In this document: piece by piece, positions 23,575 through 63,906 of the stretch
How the letters are laid out: each line of letters begins with the position of its first letter
Position numbering within the stretch: the stretch's first letter is position 1
Source of the DNA: the human T2T-CHM13v2.0 reference genome, Homo sapiens
Length of the DNA: 64,000 nt
Reading direction: 5' to 3' (one strand)
Assembly (NCBI RefSeq): GCF_009914755.1
Contig: NC_060927.1
Notes under the pieces: generated by a model
The model's database searches: none
The model's input: only the letters and a program-made list of their open reading frames with translations
Told to the model about the DNA's origin: nothing
Position numbers and translations under genes: made by a program

Positions 23575-23700
23575 ATATATATATATACACACACACATAC
23601 ACACACGTATATGTACACATATATATACGTATACACGTATATGTACACATATATATACGTATACACAAGTATATATACATATATACACACACACATATGC
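23575..23700 (+). repeat. TA/CA-rich compound microsatellite with a 30-bp higher-order unit
   Basis: ACACGTATATGTACACATATATATACGTAT occurs twice in tandem plus a degenerate third copy; grown from an Alu tail. Confidence 0.9.
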
Positions 23701-24171
23701 TTAAATATACATACTCATCCTCTTAAAAAAATGAAATCAAGCTAAGTTTGGCATAAACTGCATACTGATTGCAATTTAGCAAGAGTATTTGATGTTTTTC
23801 TTTATTATTAGCTATAAAAATGTATTTGGATGAAGCATCAATAAACTGAGACCAACACCCAGAACGAGCAGCTTCAGTGCCTGATTTTCAGTCACATGAC
23901 TATCGTAATTATGAACATACCAAGGCCTTCACTTAATACTACAGCTCCACAGATTAAAGATGAGGGATTTTATAGTAATTACAAACTTCAAACCGTCTTG
24001 GAAATTTTAATCCCACAAATGAGCATGTCCCCAAAGAGCCCCATGTATAGCAAGGCATGTAACATTAAGTTCAAAATTTAGTTATATTAATGTGTAGTTA
24101 CAAGCAAACAGTTCCATTGGGCAGGTAAACAAAGGAATAAACTAAATGGCAGAGTCAGACAAAATACTTAA

Positions 24172-24378
<207 letters not shown>

Positions 24379-24484
24379 TAGCCAGGATGGTCTCCAGACC
24401 TCGTGATCCGCCCGCCTCGGCCTCCCAAAGTGCTGGGATTACAGGCATGAACCACCGCGCCCTGCCAGGATCCTTTTAAAACTA

Positions 24485-24829
<345 letters not shown>

Positions 24830-25619
24830 CTATGTACTATTTATCATAATCACTAGTAACCACAATGCAATTAAACCCAAGGTGCTGTCTACAGAAGGCC
24901 AGCAGCTTCAAATTAGCTCTCTTAGAAGCTGATCAGTCTTTCTTCTCAGAGTTAACATATATCTCTCAGCTCTCTAAGACAATTAAAAAGACGCAAACTA
25001 GCACCTTCTCCAGTCACTGCATGGACTCCACCCCATGGACAAGAAACACCTGAAGAGCTACCTGTTTTTACTCTCCTAATAACTTACACCCCCATATGAC
25101 CAGAATAAACTTTTAAAAAGCAGTTAACTGACAAATGGAAAGAAATCAGGACTACGAAAATACTCCACCACCACCACATGCATGTGCACAGGGAATTGTT
25201 TACTTGATACACGCAGTACCCCAAATCAACAGTCAAAAGTGCCCACAGTTAACTAAAAATATCTTAGCCTGACCTAAATATCTTGGTTTTGAAGCAGTAA
25301 AGTGTAGGCCTTGCTCTAGAAGTTGGTCCCTTAAAAAAAAATCCAAACAAAGCCATGATTAGGCCAACCAGGGACCCTCGTACATTCATCTATCTCCCTC
25401 AATTGAAGGCAGGACCATCCAGTTAACAAGGGGAGAGTGCTGTGTAAGCTAATGAACCGAAATTTTTTGGCAAATGAACAGTTTCTCCCAAACTATTCAC
25501 CATCAACAAGGTTTAAAAGAAGAAACAATGGAATAAGCTAGAAGTCCTGAATTTTAGCTGACTCTGGAGGCCAACTGCTTGGGAGTAAATGGAGAATACC
25601 TTAACAGAGCAGACAGTTC

Positions 25620-25740
25620 TGGTCTGCTCCTGACTAGATAGGTAACCTTGGGAAATTTACTTAAGTCTCTGGGACTCAGTTTGCTCATCTGCAAATGGGG
25701 TTGGACAACCAGTCCTGAAAGATTCCTCTTAGATCTAAAA
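25620..25740. mobile_element. MIR SINE
   Basis: GTAACCTTGGGAAATTTACTTAAGTCTCTGGGACTCAGTTTGCTCATCTGCAAATGGGG. Confidence 0.8.
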
Positions 25741-26582
25741 CTCAAGAACTACACAGTATTCCTACTCTCTTCTTCCCTCCAACACAGATTTTTATGAGAA
25801 CAGAGAGGATAAATCTAGCACTAGACTTTAACTCAAACCAAGGTGCACCTTATATATTTAATGTCCCCAAGAGCCATCAGTGCTCCACAAAAGTAGATGG
25901 AACCAATTAAGACAAGTTATCCAGAGATCCTTCAATAAGTCATTCTTTACAATTAAAAACTAGTTTTTCAGTCCAATGTCACTTGTGCCAAATGCTCAAA
26001 ACAGTATCTCCGCCAATCTAGCCACATCTAAGGTGACAATCATCCGCATGGTACACATTACACATCTGGGTGATACTAAGTGGTTGAAAAATTCTCTCCA
26101 CATACAACATTTTAAATTATGGAAGTTTTTTGGTTTTTCAATTTTTCTCCTTCAGAAAGGCAGAGTGAAATATCTACTTACACACCTGCAAGAAACGTTT
26201 AAGACTTTCTTCAAGACAGAACCAAACAAGTCAACAACAGAGGTAAAAATTTAAAATCAGAACTATTAAAAAACACAAGTGGAACCAACTTTGAGGTAAA
26301 AAGGATTCCAATTTTCCACCGTAAACTACTAAACAAGGTTTGTGAACAAATCAACTTGGATGCGAATAGCGCTATTCAATGAAGACGACCCGTAACTGTA
26401 GATCCAATCAGTAACTAAGGTACAGATGTTTAGATCATTCCTAATCAATACAGCGACTTCGACTAAGCAACACTGCATCTATTTTCATGCAACATCGCTT
26501 AAATCATTTACAGTTTTGTGTGTTGTTTTTTTTTTCCAAATGGAAAATACCCCTTTTCCACTCAATACAGACCCCAAAGCTT

Positions 26583-26624
26583 TCAGACGAGTTCGGGCGC
26601 GTTCGAGGTGGTATGGCCGTAGAT
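26583..26624 (-). pseudogene. 5S rRNA 5' fragment (nt ~1-42), tailless retropseudogene
   Basis: Minus strand TCTACGGCCATACCACCTCGAACGCGCCCGAACTCGTCTGA is 38/41 identical to human 5S rRNA nt 2-42 as I recall it; diverged 18-bp TSD at 26568-26585 and 26625-26642. Confidence 0.85.
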
Positions 26625-27198
26625 CATACCCCTAAGCGTTCAATACAATCTTTTACTTACTTACACAGTCTCCAACAAGTCTGCATTAAAAGAAAACCTA
26701 CCCAAAGTGTAACTGGACTTTAATCAATATAAAACAGTGATTGTCGTTTCTCGTTAAACGTAAAAAGCAAAATGGAGTTGTAAAGAGTTTCTTTCCCATT
26801 TCAACTCCGACAGCCACGCGCGCTTTCAGCGGCCGGCTACACTGCGCGGTCGCGGGGCCCGGCCCAAAGCCCCCGCCCTGCCCGGCGCTGCTGGGAGAGG
26901 AAGCTCCGGGGACCGAGGGCGGGCAGGCGGGCAGCCTGGGCTCCACCAGGCCCGGCCGGGCGGGGGAAGGGGCACAGGAGACTACCGGGCGCGCTTCCGG
27001 GGACTGCGCGGGCGGGGTCGCCGCTTGGGGCGCGGGGCCCGGGCTGGGAGTCAGGTCAAGGGTCAGGGGCCAGGGGCGGCTCGGCCACGAGCAGCCGGTG
27101 GGGCGCGGCCGCGGCGGTGCGGCGGCCTGCCGGCCGGAAGAGTACCGGGCTGGCGGGCCTGGGGCCCCGCGGCGCCTGGAGGGAACCCTTCCGCTCAC

Positions 27199-27472
27199 CT
27201 CAGGCAACGAATCCGAGTCCAGCCTCTTCGCGCCGGGGACGCCGGTCCGCGAGTCGCAAACTCGGAGACGAAGGCGGGTAGCTGAAGACCAGACCGTGGA
27301 CTAACGAGAGAACCGACGGAGGACCGCGGGCGGCGGGAGGGTAGCGCGAGAGAGCGAGGGCGGGCGGCGGCGGGAGGGCGGGGAACGACGTGCGCGCCTC
27401 CGAGTGCCCAGCGGGCTCGAGCCGGCACAGGTCGCGGCCCCGCGCACGCGCGCGCACTCACAGCTCATCCAC
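27199..27472 (-). other. RHOA: RHOA exon 1 (non-coding 5'UTR); intron 1 runs from 27198 past the left edge of the window
   Basis: Minus strand reads GTGGATGAGCTGTGAGTGCGCG...GGATTCGTTGCCTGAG, which I recognise as the RHOA mRNA leader. It is followed by the donor GTGAGC at 27198 and lies in a CpG island. The 5' end is approximate, and no RHOA coding exon is in the window. Confidence 0.9.
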
Positions 27473-27805
27473 TATTGCTCAGGAGCCCGTCCACGCCCTA
27501 AAAGCAAAACCCTTAACCAATCATTGCAGCCGCGTGGGGCATCACGGGAACTCCGGGGCTATAAAAGACCTGGTTGCTATTTTATACTCCCGGAGTCACT
27601 CATCCCTTAAGCAAGCAGGGTGGGGTTAGGTGCGCGTGCGCGGTTTTAATACTCCTCCCCGAACTGCCAACTCTTCACGCACGCGAAGTAGGCCCCACCC
27701 TGGCTGGGTTTACGCGTGCGCACTAACGGGCCTGGTCCCGGAAGACCACACGCGTGCGTGGTGGGGACTACGGTGACAGTACCCCGGGTGGGGCGAGGGC
27801 CAGTC

Positions 27806-30241
<2,436 letters not shown>

Positions 30242-30613
30242 GGGAAGGCAGCAGAGGGTCTCCAAGGGCATCACTGGGTCTGCTGGCTTCTACACTGGGT
30301 TCTGCTACTCCCCAGACCTCAGGGACAACTGCCGGGGGTTCAGGGTTGGTAGCAGGGAGTACCCAGTGCCTACAGGGCTGGGCCTCTTCTGCCTCTTAAG
30401 CCTGCTCCCTCACCCAGGCACTGGGCAAGTGAAGAGTTTGCCTGTACTCTTATCTGGGTGCCTTAAGGAGAGAGATTGTGTTCTTCCTCTCTCAGGGGTG
30501 ATAACTCAGGAAGCCTCTGGGTTGGGAAGACCATCAGTTCTTTTGTCTTAGGTTTCTTTTCCTGTCCCTCTTCCATCCCCAAGATGTGACCCCATAAAAA
30601 TTTTTCCTGAGTT

Positions 30614-31052
<439 letters not shown>

Positions 31053-31837
31053 CTATGGTTATTTAGCTGGCCATTCAGGTATAAGGCAGGGTGGTGTACC
31101 TGCTGGCACTATCCAGATGGAGGCACCAAACACCCACATACCTGGCCCAACCAGACTTCTCCCGTGAGCCAGGCAAAGGAAATTGTCATCTGCCAACTGT
31201 CCTACTCATATTCCTCTCAGTCCTTCTTGGGGGTAAGCTGATTACCTGAAGGACAGCTGAACCCCTGGGGTAGCCTCCTATCCACCACTGCTTAAGTGCC
31301 TATGGGAATGTGGGTCTGCACCTTGTCCCCTCATAGGATGGTACCAAGCATTTAGTGCACAGTGGCCCCATCATAGCCTGCAGCCTCATCATTTCCCATC
31401 TGGACCTGGTACAAATGCACGTCACAGGCTCAGCTCCTCCCCACTAGCATCTTCTCTACCTTCAAGAACCAGGCAGCCCTGCCATGTCACAATAGGCCAG
31501 GGGAGTTTCCAAAGATGTGGGTGGCAAATGCCCCTATAGAAACACCAGTACCTGAAAGCACTGTAGCCCTGGACCTGCCTCCTTCCCTCGGGGCCATACT
31601 TCTGTTTCCATCTGCTGGGCCACCAGCCACTTTAGTGACCCCTGCCTACTTCCTTCCTGTTGGATATCATACTTCCATCTGGCTGCCTTTGCTTAAGCCA
31701 TCTTTGTGGTAGAGGGGCCCTGGAATTGCAGCTGTACTGAGGATGATGTTATTCACAGCCCCTGGCCCACCCACTAATACTACTGCACAGAGTCAGGATC
31801 TCACATTTCACCCCAGGCTCAACTGAGGATGTGGCTT

Positions 31838-31843
31838 ATTAAA
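31838..31843 (+). terminator. TCTA: TCTA polyadenylation signal ATTAAA
   Basis: ATTAAA followed ~15 nt later by a GT-rich downstream element (GGTTGTTGTGGTT). Confidence 0.75.
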
Positions 31844-32174
31844 CACGGAAGTGCATCGGTTGTTGTGGTTATTCAGACAGAACAAGGGTGTGCATGCACA
31901 GGGGCAGTGAGAGAGGGAACATCCTGGAAGCTGTTGCCCCTTGGGACCCAGATGCAATAACTTGCAGGGAGGGGAGAGGTGATGCAGCTCCCTGGAGGAG
32001 CAGGGATGGGGTGCCCAACAGGGGCAATATCTCCATTTTTATAGACTGGCCCCTTTCAAGGAGAACCTATTCCAAGCTTGTCTTGGAGGCCAGGAAGGCA
32101 GGCATTGGGTTGGCATTTCAGGAACCCTGTGAACAGAGAACAATGAAGCTAGAGACTGGCAAGTAAGAAGGAAG

Positions 32175-32180
32175 TTTAAT
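32175..32180 (-). terminator. AMT: AMT polyadenylation signal ATTAAA
   Basis: TTTAAT on plus = ATTAAA on minus, ~740 nt past the AMT stop codon. Confidence 0.65.
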
Positions 32181-32918
32181 TTTTTTTTCAGGATTCAGTG
32201 GAGTCCATTAATGCATACCAGGGGCAAAGATCAGCCCAGGGTAAGGCAAGTCTGGGAGGAAGCCCACCCTGCCCTACAGCAGCCCTGGAACTCAGAATAG
32301 GTGGTGAGTCTGCCATGGTTTGCTACTGGGCAGCACACTAGACCAACTTGGGAATGTGGAAGAGTGAGTCTATGTTCCCTCAGCCATCCCCAAGTTTACA
32401 CACAGGCATAGCAGCCCTACTGTGAGTCAGCAATCATTCCTGACTTGCAGTAAGGACAATTTGCATTTACGGAAAGCAAACTGGAGGGGGTAGCCTAAGT
32501 CCGCACTGCCCATGTTATTACCCTTTGCAATGTGAAAAACCATGGTGAGGTAGGTTGGGCAGGTTTTATCCTCTCCACAAAGGTGAGCCTTTGCTCCACA
32601 GCCAGCACCTGGCAGAGTGGGAGAGATGGCAGAACCAAAGCTTCTCATTACCCTCCAGCAGGCAAGAGTAGGTCAGTGGGATCATGGACTGAAACAAGAC
32701 ATTGTGTGAGCTGGTCCGTCACTCAGAAGCAGGGTCCTGAAGGAAGCTGGAATGGCATGAGTTAGGTGGGGGGAATAGGTGGTGTGGCCCCTCAACCAGA
32801 CAATTAGAATCAGCCTCCACCTTAACTGCCCACCCCCAGTGAGTTCTGCCTCAGCTTCTTGACTAACCCCTTGTAGGGGCAAAACTCCTGGAAGGGACAG
32901 CCCCACCCTGAGCCAGCT

Positions 32919-37984
<5,066 letters not shown>

Positions 37985-38344
37985 TTAGAGCAGAGAATGC
38001 AGGAACCCGCAACCACAGGGAAGAAGCCTCCAGCTCTTTCGGCTGACTCTTCAGGGCAGCTCGGGCAATCCAGAGCTGATTGGGCTGCCCAGAACAAAGC
38101 TAGGGGCTAGACCGCCCCCTGCAGAACCGCCCTGTCTCCAGAGGGTCAAAGTTCTGGAAAGGGCTGAAAGGTCTGAATCATACCTTTAGGACCTCAAGAG
38201 AGTAAGGTCAAGTGGGGGTGGGGAAGGTGGGCCAGCCTGGCAGGTAGGCAGCACCACAGTAGTCTGTCCTCATGTGGACCCCTAGTTCCACAGCTCTCCC
38301 GCCAGGCAGACACAGGCAGCCAGCAGTCATGCATTCCACAAGTA

Positions 38345-38350
38345 TTTATT
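38345..38350 (-). terminator. NICN1: NICN1 polyadenylation signal AATAAA (inside an L2 3' end remnant)
   Basis: TTTATT on plus, within CATTCCACAAGTATTTATTGATCTTACTGCATACCAGGC, which resembles the reverse complement of the L2 3' terminus. Confidence 0.65.
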
Positions 38351-38858
38351 GATCTTACTGCATACCAGGCCCTCAGATGGGGACACAGCCACGAATGAAG
38401 CATGGTCCCTGCTACCACAAGGTCCTCTTCACTTACACACACACTGAGGACTACTGCTTCGTCACGCTTTCCGAAGCAGCTGAGTGGGGCTATGTAAGTG
38501 ACCTTGCAGATGAAGTCGCCACCTGCAAGAACTCACAGGTGAGAACAGAGGGTGGCCACCAAAAGGTCACTGAACTCCCCCGAGAAAACTGTTGAGCCAC
38601 ACACATGTCCAACTTTCCAGGTCCAAGACATACTGCAGTACTGCTTTGTAATAGCCACCAGGTGCAAAGCCAGGAAGAACCAGAGGGAAACAGGTTTTTC
38701 TCACATGAGGGAAGAGCAGCCTGCATCACTTAATGGTTGGACTGAGTTAATGCAGGACTTAGGCCTCTTAAAAGGCAACAATGAGAACCCTTACTTGGAC
38801 CCACTCCCCACCACGGTTGATCTCTCATTATGCTGAGCATATCTCTTGGAAAGGGGCA

Positions 38859-39158
<300 letters not shown>

Positions 39159-39230
39159 GGAGAGGGGCAACTGGGAGAAAGGATAGAGATGTGCTTTGGG
39201 CTATGTCAGATGGCAGAAGGGTCCCAGTTC

Positions 39231-39534
39231 TTTTTTTTTTGTTTGTTTGTTTAAGATGGAGTTTCGCTCTTCTTGCCCAGGCTGGAGTGCAATGGCATGA
39301 TCTCAGGTCCGCAACCTCCACTTCCCGGGTTCAAGAGATTCTCCTGCCTCAGCCTCCCAAGTAGCTGGGATTACAGGTGCCTACCACCACGCCCAGCTAA
39401 TTTTTTGTATTTTTAGTAGAGACGGGGTTTCTCCAGGTTGGTCAGGCTGGTCTTGAACTCCTGACCTCAGGTGATCCGCCTGCCTGGGCCTCCCAAAGTG
39501 CTGGGATTACAGGCGTGAGCCACTGCACCCTGCC
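39231..39534 (-). mobile_element. Alu (AluS-like) in NICN1 3'UTR, other arm of the inverted pair
   Basis: Full dimer; TSD AGAAGGGTCCCAGTTCTT at 39215-39232 and 39536-39553. Confidence 0.95.
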
Positions 39535-40216
39535 TAGAAGGGTCCCAGTTCTTATGCTCAGGCCCTGGTTTTGCTAGAGACACGTGCCCAGGCCCTATGG
39601 GCACACCCACTTGAACATATATTCAGGAGCCAGCTCAGAAACCAAGAGACTCAGGCTGCCCAAATCTTCAGGTTTCCTTCCTAGGCAGGCAGCAGAAGAG
39701 TTCAGACAGGAAATTTCTCTCTGTGGCATAACACAAATGGAAAGAAAACCACTAGGGGACACACAGGAAGAAATAAGGTTTCTGTTTCTTCCTCAAGTGT
39801 CCCAAGTGCCATGGCAGCAATGGCCTTCCAGGTCCATACATGGAGCAGGTTTTAGTAGGTCAGCCCAGCCCAACTGCACTGACATGAGGGAGCAGGCAGA
39901 AGACAGGAATGTGCATGTTGCCAGAAGGGGCAGAGGGCACTCAGGGATTCTCAGTAAGTACAACTGACTGGAGTGTTTTTGGGTAGAAGGAAGAATTGAG
40001 TTGCAGCCAGGCGAAGACAGAGCACCCCCATGCCAGGAGCTCATGCTGAAGTAACACGGTAAGCCCCTGAGAATCCTGAATCTGTGAATGTGGCCCAGAC
40101 AGAACAGGCATGCAGGCAACACTTGGAATGCACAGGAAATACACTTCAGCCTCTGGTGGCCCAAACCAAGTCTGGGTGGGCACAGAAAGGCCAACATCTT
40201 GGCTAGGAGCAACCAT

Positions 40217-45042
<4,826 letters not shown>

Positions 45043-45329
45043 TGATCCGCCCGCCTCGGCCTCCGAAAGTGTCGGAATTACAGGCGTGGGTCACCGCGCC
45101 CCTCCCACTGAAGTTCTTCTTCAGCCAATCACTGCTCGAGGCTTAGAGCCTACCGGCGAGCCGCGCCCAGCAACTGCCCAGCCTTTCTGTATGCAAGCCA
45201 TTCGGCTCCCTTTGGGTTTCTTTCACTGCTTAGGGCGGTAGTCTGTTAAAGGCATATAAATACATAAACACAAATCAGCAGTGATTAGCCTAGATTAACC
45301 TCAAAAATACGTATTAGCCGTTGGAAAAA

Positions 45330-46940
<1,611 letters not shown>

Positions 46941-47247
46941 TAGGCCAGGCAGGGTGGCTCAGGCCTGTAATCCCATCACCCTGGGAGATGAAGGTGAGAG
47001 GATCACTTGAGCTTAGGAGTTTGAGACCAGCCTGGGTAACAAAGTGAGACTTTGTCTCTAAAAAAACAAACAAATAAACTGAATACTTATGATTTGTTCA
47101 TTTTATTGTATCTAAATTATACCTCAATAAACATGATCTTAAGAGTGAGAAGGGGCCGAGCGCAGCGGCTCACGCCTGTAATCCCAGCACTTTGGGAGGC
47201 CAAGGCAGGCAGATCCTGAGGTCAGGAGATCGAGAACAGCCTGGCTA

Positions 47248-47709
<462 letters not shown>

Positions 47710-47787
47710 TCACTTGAGTCTGGGAGGTCAAGGCTGCAGTGAGCCTTGAAATTGCATCACTACACTCCAACCTGGGTGACAGAGTGA

Positions 47788-48222
<435 letters not shown>

Positions 48223-49019
48223 TGAGCCACCACGCCCAGCCAAGCCTGTTTTATAGATGGCAAAGCTCAGACAGAAGATGTCCAGTGATTTCCCCAACCC
48301 AGGAAAACAGCGTGGAGTAAAGCTGGAACCCTGGCCTCCCTTTGGCTCCCATCTCACAGGTCAGAACCCCCCAGGCAATGGTCAGCTTCAGTTAACCTGT
48401 GTCTACTCTATATTGAGGGGCCCCAGAGACACAGATCCTGCACAGCCTATGGGGCTCTCATGATGTGAGGTCAAACAAGCCCAGGCACATGATTCCAGGC
48501 CATCCCAAGGAATGGCCTAGAGGAGCTGTGCCTTCCCACTCCAGGCCTGGTGACCTTAAGTAACAGAAAACATTCCCTGCCTCCTCCTTGGGTGTTGTCA
48601 GGGGAAGACAATTTCTAATGTTGGACTGGTCTGATCATTGCCATCTCCATTTTGACCCAGGCTAATGATTCACTGTGTAGCTCCCTCCATGTTCCTGAGA
48701 TATTCCCCTATAGGAAGCCTGCCCGTGCTGAAGCAGAGCCCTTCCCAAATCCCATGGATTACAGTATGGACCCCCTGGGCATCAGGAGGATCCAGACAAG
48801 CTCTGGCTTTAGGTCCCATCTCTGTGAGCACAGCCACCAGCAGACACAGAACTGTATGGCCCCTCATTACAGATGAGTTTCACCTCTTAGCTTGCTGGTA
48901 AACAGCCACTTTCACTCCAGCCCCTTCAATACATTGCCCAATTGTGGCAGGCAGGTTTTTCAATGTGAAATCCTCATTGATTCTCTCTGTTTTACAGCCA
49001 TGTCCAATAGCTCTCAATA

Positions 49020-53460
<4,441 letters not shown>

Positions 53461-53483
53461 GCCAAAAGAGATTGCACATACCT

Positions 53484-55975
<2,492 letters not shown>

Positions 55976-56633
55976 GGGGAGGCCCGATTTCTACAAAAAG
56001 TAAAAAATTGGCCAGGCAAGGTGGCTCATGTCTGTAATCCCAGCACTTTGAGAGGCTGAGGCGGGCGGATAACCTGAGGTCGGGAGTGGGAGACCAGCCT
56101 AACCAACATGGAGAAACCCTTTCTCTACTAAAAAAAAAACAAATACAAAATTAGCCAGGCGTGGTGGTGGGCCCCTGTAATTCCAGCTACTCAGGAGGCT
56201 GAGGCAGGAGAATCGCCTGAACCCAGGAGGCGTAGGTTGCAGTGAGCTGCCAAGATCACACCATTGCCCTCCAGCCTGGGCAACAAGAGCAAAACTCTGT
56301 CTCAAAAAAAAAAAAAAAAAAAAACTACCTGAGTGTGGTGGTCCATGTCTGTAGTCCCAGCTACTCAGGATAACGTTGGAGGATCACTTGAACCTGGGAG
56401 GTGGAGGGTGCAGAGAGCTGTATTCATGCCACTGCACCCCATCCTGGGTGACCTATCTTGAAAAAATATGCATGTGTGTCTGTGTGTGTCTGTCCAGATA
56501 TATAAGGACACACATATAATGTCTTTGCCTCTTGTAACCTGATTTGAGTCTATTTTCACTTACAATAATATAGCCACTCCAGCTCTCTTTTGGTTATTAT
56601 TTGCATGGAATATATTTTTCCACCCTTTTCTTA

Positions 56634-59941
<3,308 letters not shown>

Positions 59942-60508
59942 TGATCTGCCCGCCTCAGCCTCTCAAAGTGCTAGGATTTTGAAAGTGCCAGGCGTGAGCC
60001 ACTGGGCCTGGCCATTTCTTATAATTTCTTTGTGTTCATTTATTTATTTATTGTCTTTTTTTTTTTTTTGGTGGAGAATGGGGTCTCGCTATATTGCCCA
60101 GGCAGGTCTGGAACTCCTGGGCTCAAGCTATTCTCCTGCCTCTGCCTACCTAAGAGCTGGGGTTACAGGTGTGAGCCACCACGCCCGGCCATTCATTCAT
60201 TCATTCATTCTTTCTTTGAGACAAGGTCTGGCTCTGTTGCCCAGGCTGGAGTGCAGTGGCCTATCTCAGCCATCCTCCCACTTCAGCCTCCTGAATAGCT
60301 GGGACTACAAGCATAGGCCACCCTACCCAGCTAGTTTTTGTATTTTTTGTAGAGACTGGGTTTCATGGTGTTGCCAAGGCTGGTCTCGAAACCCTGAGCT
60401 CAAGCAATCTGCCCACCTCAACTTCCCAAAGTGTCCTTATATTTAAAGTAAGACTCTTGGGGGCAGCATATAGCTGGATCTTGTCTCTTTTAATCCATCT
60501 TCCAATCT

Positions 60509-62094
<1,586 letters not shown>

Positions 62095-62937
62095 CTCAGG
62101 TGACCCACCCGGCCTATTGTTTATAGGCAAATAGTAGCCGGGTGCTGTGGCTCACACCTGTAATCCCAAAACTTTGGGAGGCCAGGGCAGGCGGGTCACC
62201 AGAGGTCAGGAGTTAGAGAACAGCCTGGGCAACATGGCAAAACCCCATCTCCACAAACATTGCAAAAAAAAAGAAAAATTAGCTGGGTGTGGTTGCACAC
62301 ACCTGTAGTCCCAGCTACTCAGGGGGTTGAGGCAGGAGGATCACTTGAGCCCAGAAGGTCAAGGCTGTAGTGACATATGATCTCAGCATTGCAGTCCAGC
62401 CTGGGTGACAGAGTGAGACCCTGTCTCAATAAAAAGAAAACAAACAAAAAGAAATAGTTTAAAGTTTTCTCAGTTTTAATTTCTAATATCATAAACATAG
62501 ATAGATATAACTCATAGTTAAAGTCTCCCTTAGGCTGGGCGAGGTGACTCACAACTGTAATCCAAGCACTTTGGGAGGCCCAATCAGGAGGATCACTTGC
62601 ACCCAGAAGTTTAAGACCAGCCTTGGCAACAGAGGGAAACCTCATCTCTACCAAAAAAAAAAAAAAAAAAAAAAAAAAATTGGTGGGCATGGTGGTACAC
62701 GCCTGTAGTCCCAGCTACTCGGGAGACCGAGGCACAAGAGGATTGCTTGAGCTGGAGAGTTTTAGCCTGCAGTGAGCCATGATTATATTACTGCACTCTA
62801 GCCTGGGCAACAGAGCAAGACCCTATCTCAAAATAACTAAATAAATAAAAAGTCTCGGCTGGGCAAGGTGGCCCATGCCTGTAATCCCAGCACTTTGGAA
62901 GGCCAAGGCAGGTGGATCACTTGAGGCCGGGAGTTCA

Positions 62938-63141
<204 letters not shown>

Positions 63142-63270
63142 TCAAAAAAAAAAAATTATCTGGGTGTGGTAGCATCTGCCTGTAAATCCCAGCTACTCGG
63201 GAAGGCTGAGACATGAGAATCGATTGAACCTGGGAGGTGGAGGCTGCAGTGTGCCATGATCATGCCACTA

Positions 63271-63531
<261 letters not shown>

Positions 63532-63614
63532 TCATGCCATTGCACTCCAGCCTGGGTAGCAGAGCAAGACTCCGTCTCAAAAAAAAAAAAAAAGAAAAAA
63601 AGAAAGAAAGAAAT

Positions 63615-63906
<292 letters not shown>

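Noticed and set aside
23446-23745. ORFs rich in Y/T/H/I/C/V
   Set aside because: Translation of the TA/CA microsatellite
27301-27468. ATG-initiated uORF in the longest RHOA 5'UTR
   Set aside because: The ATG is only ~4 nt from the most upstream start I can support and is absent from shorter leaders; no evidence of use
26698-27629. Long Pro/Gly/Arg-rich ORFs on both strands
   Set aside because: Expected in a GC-rich CpG island; mostly non-ATG starts and no recognisable domain
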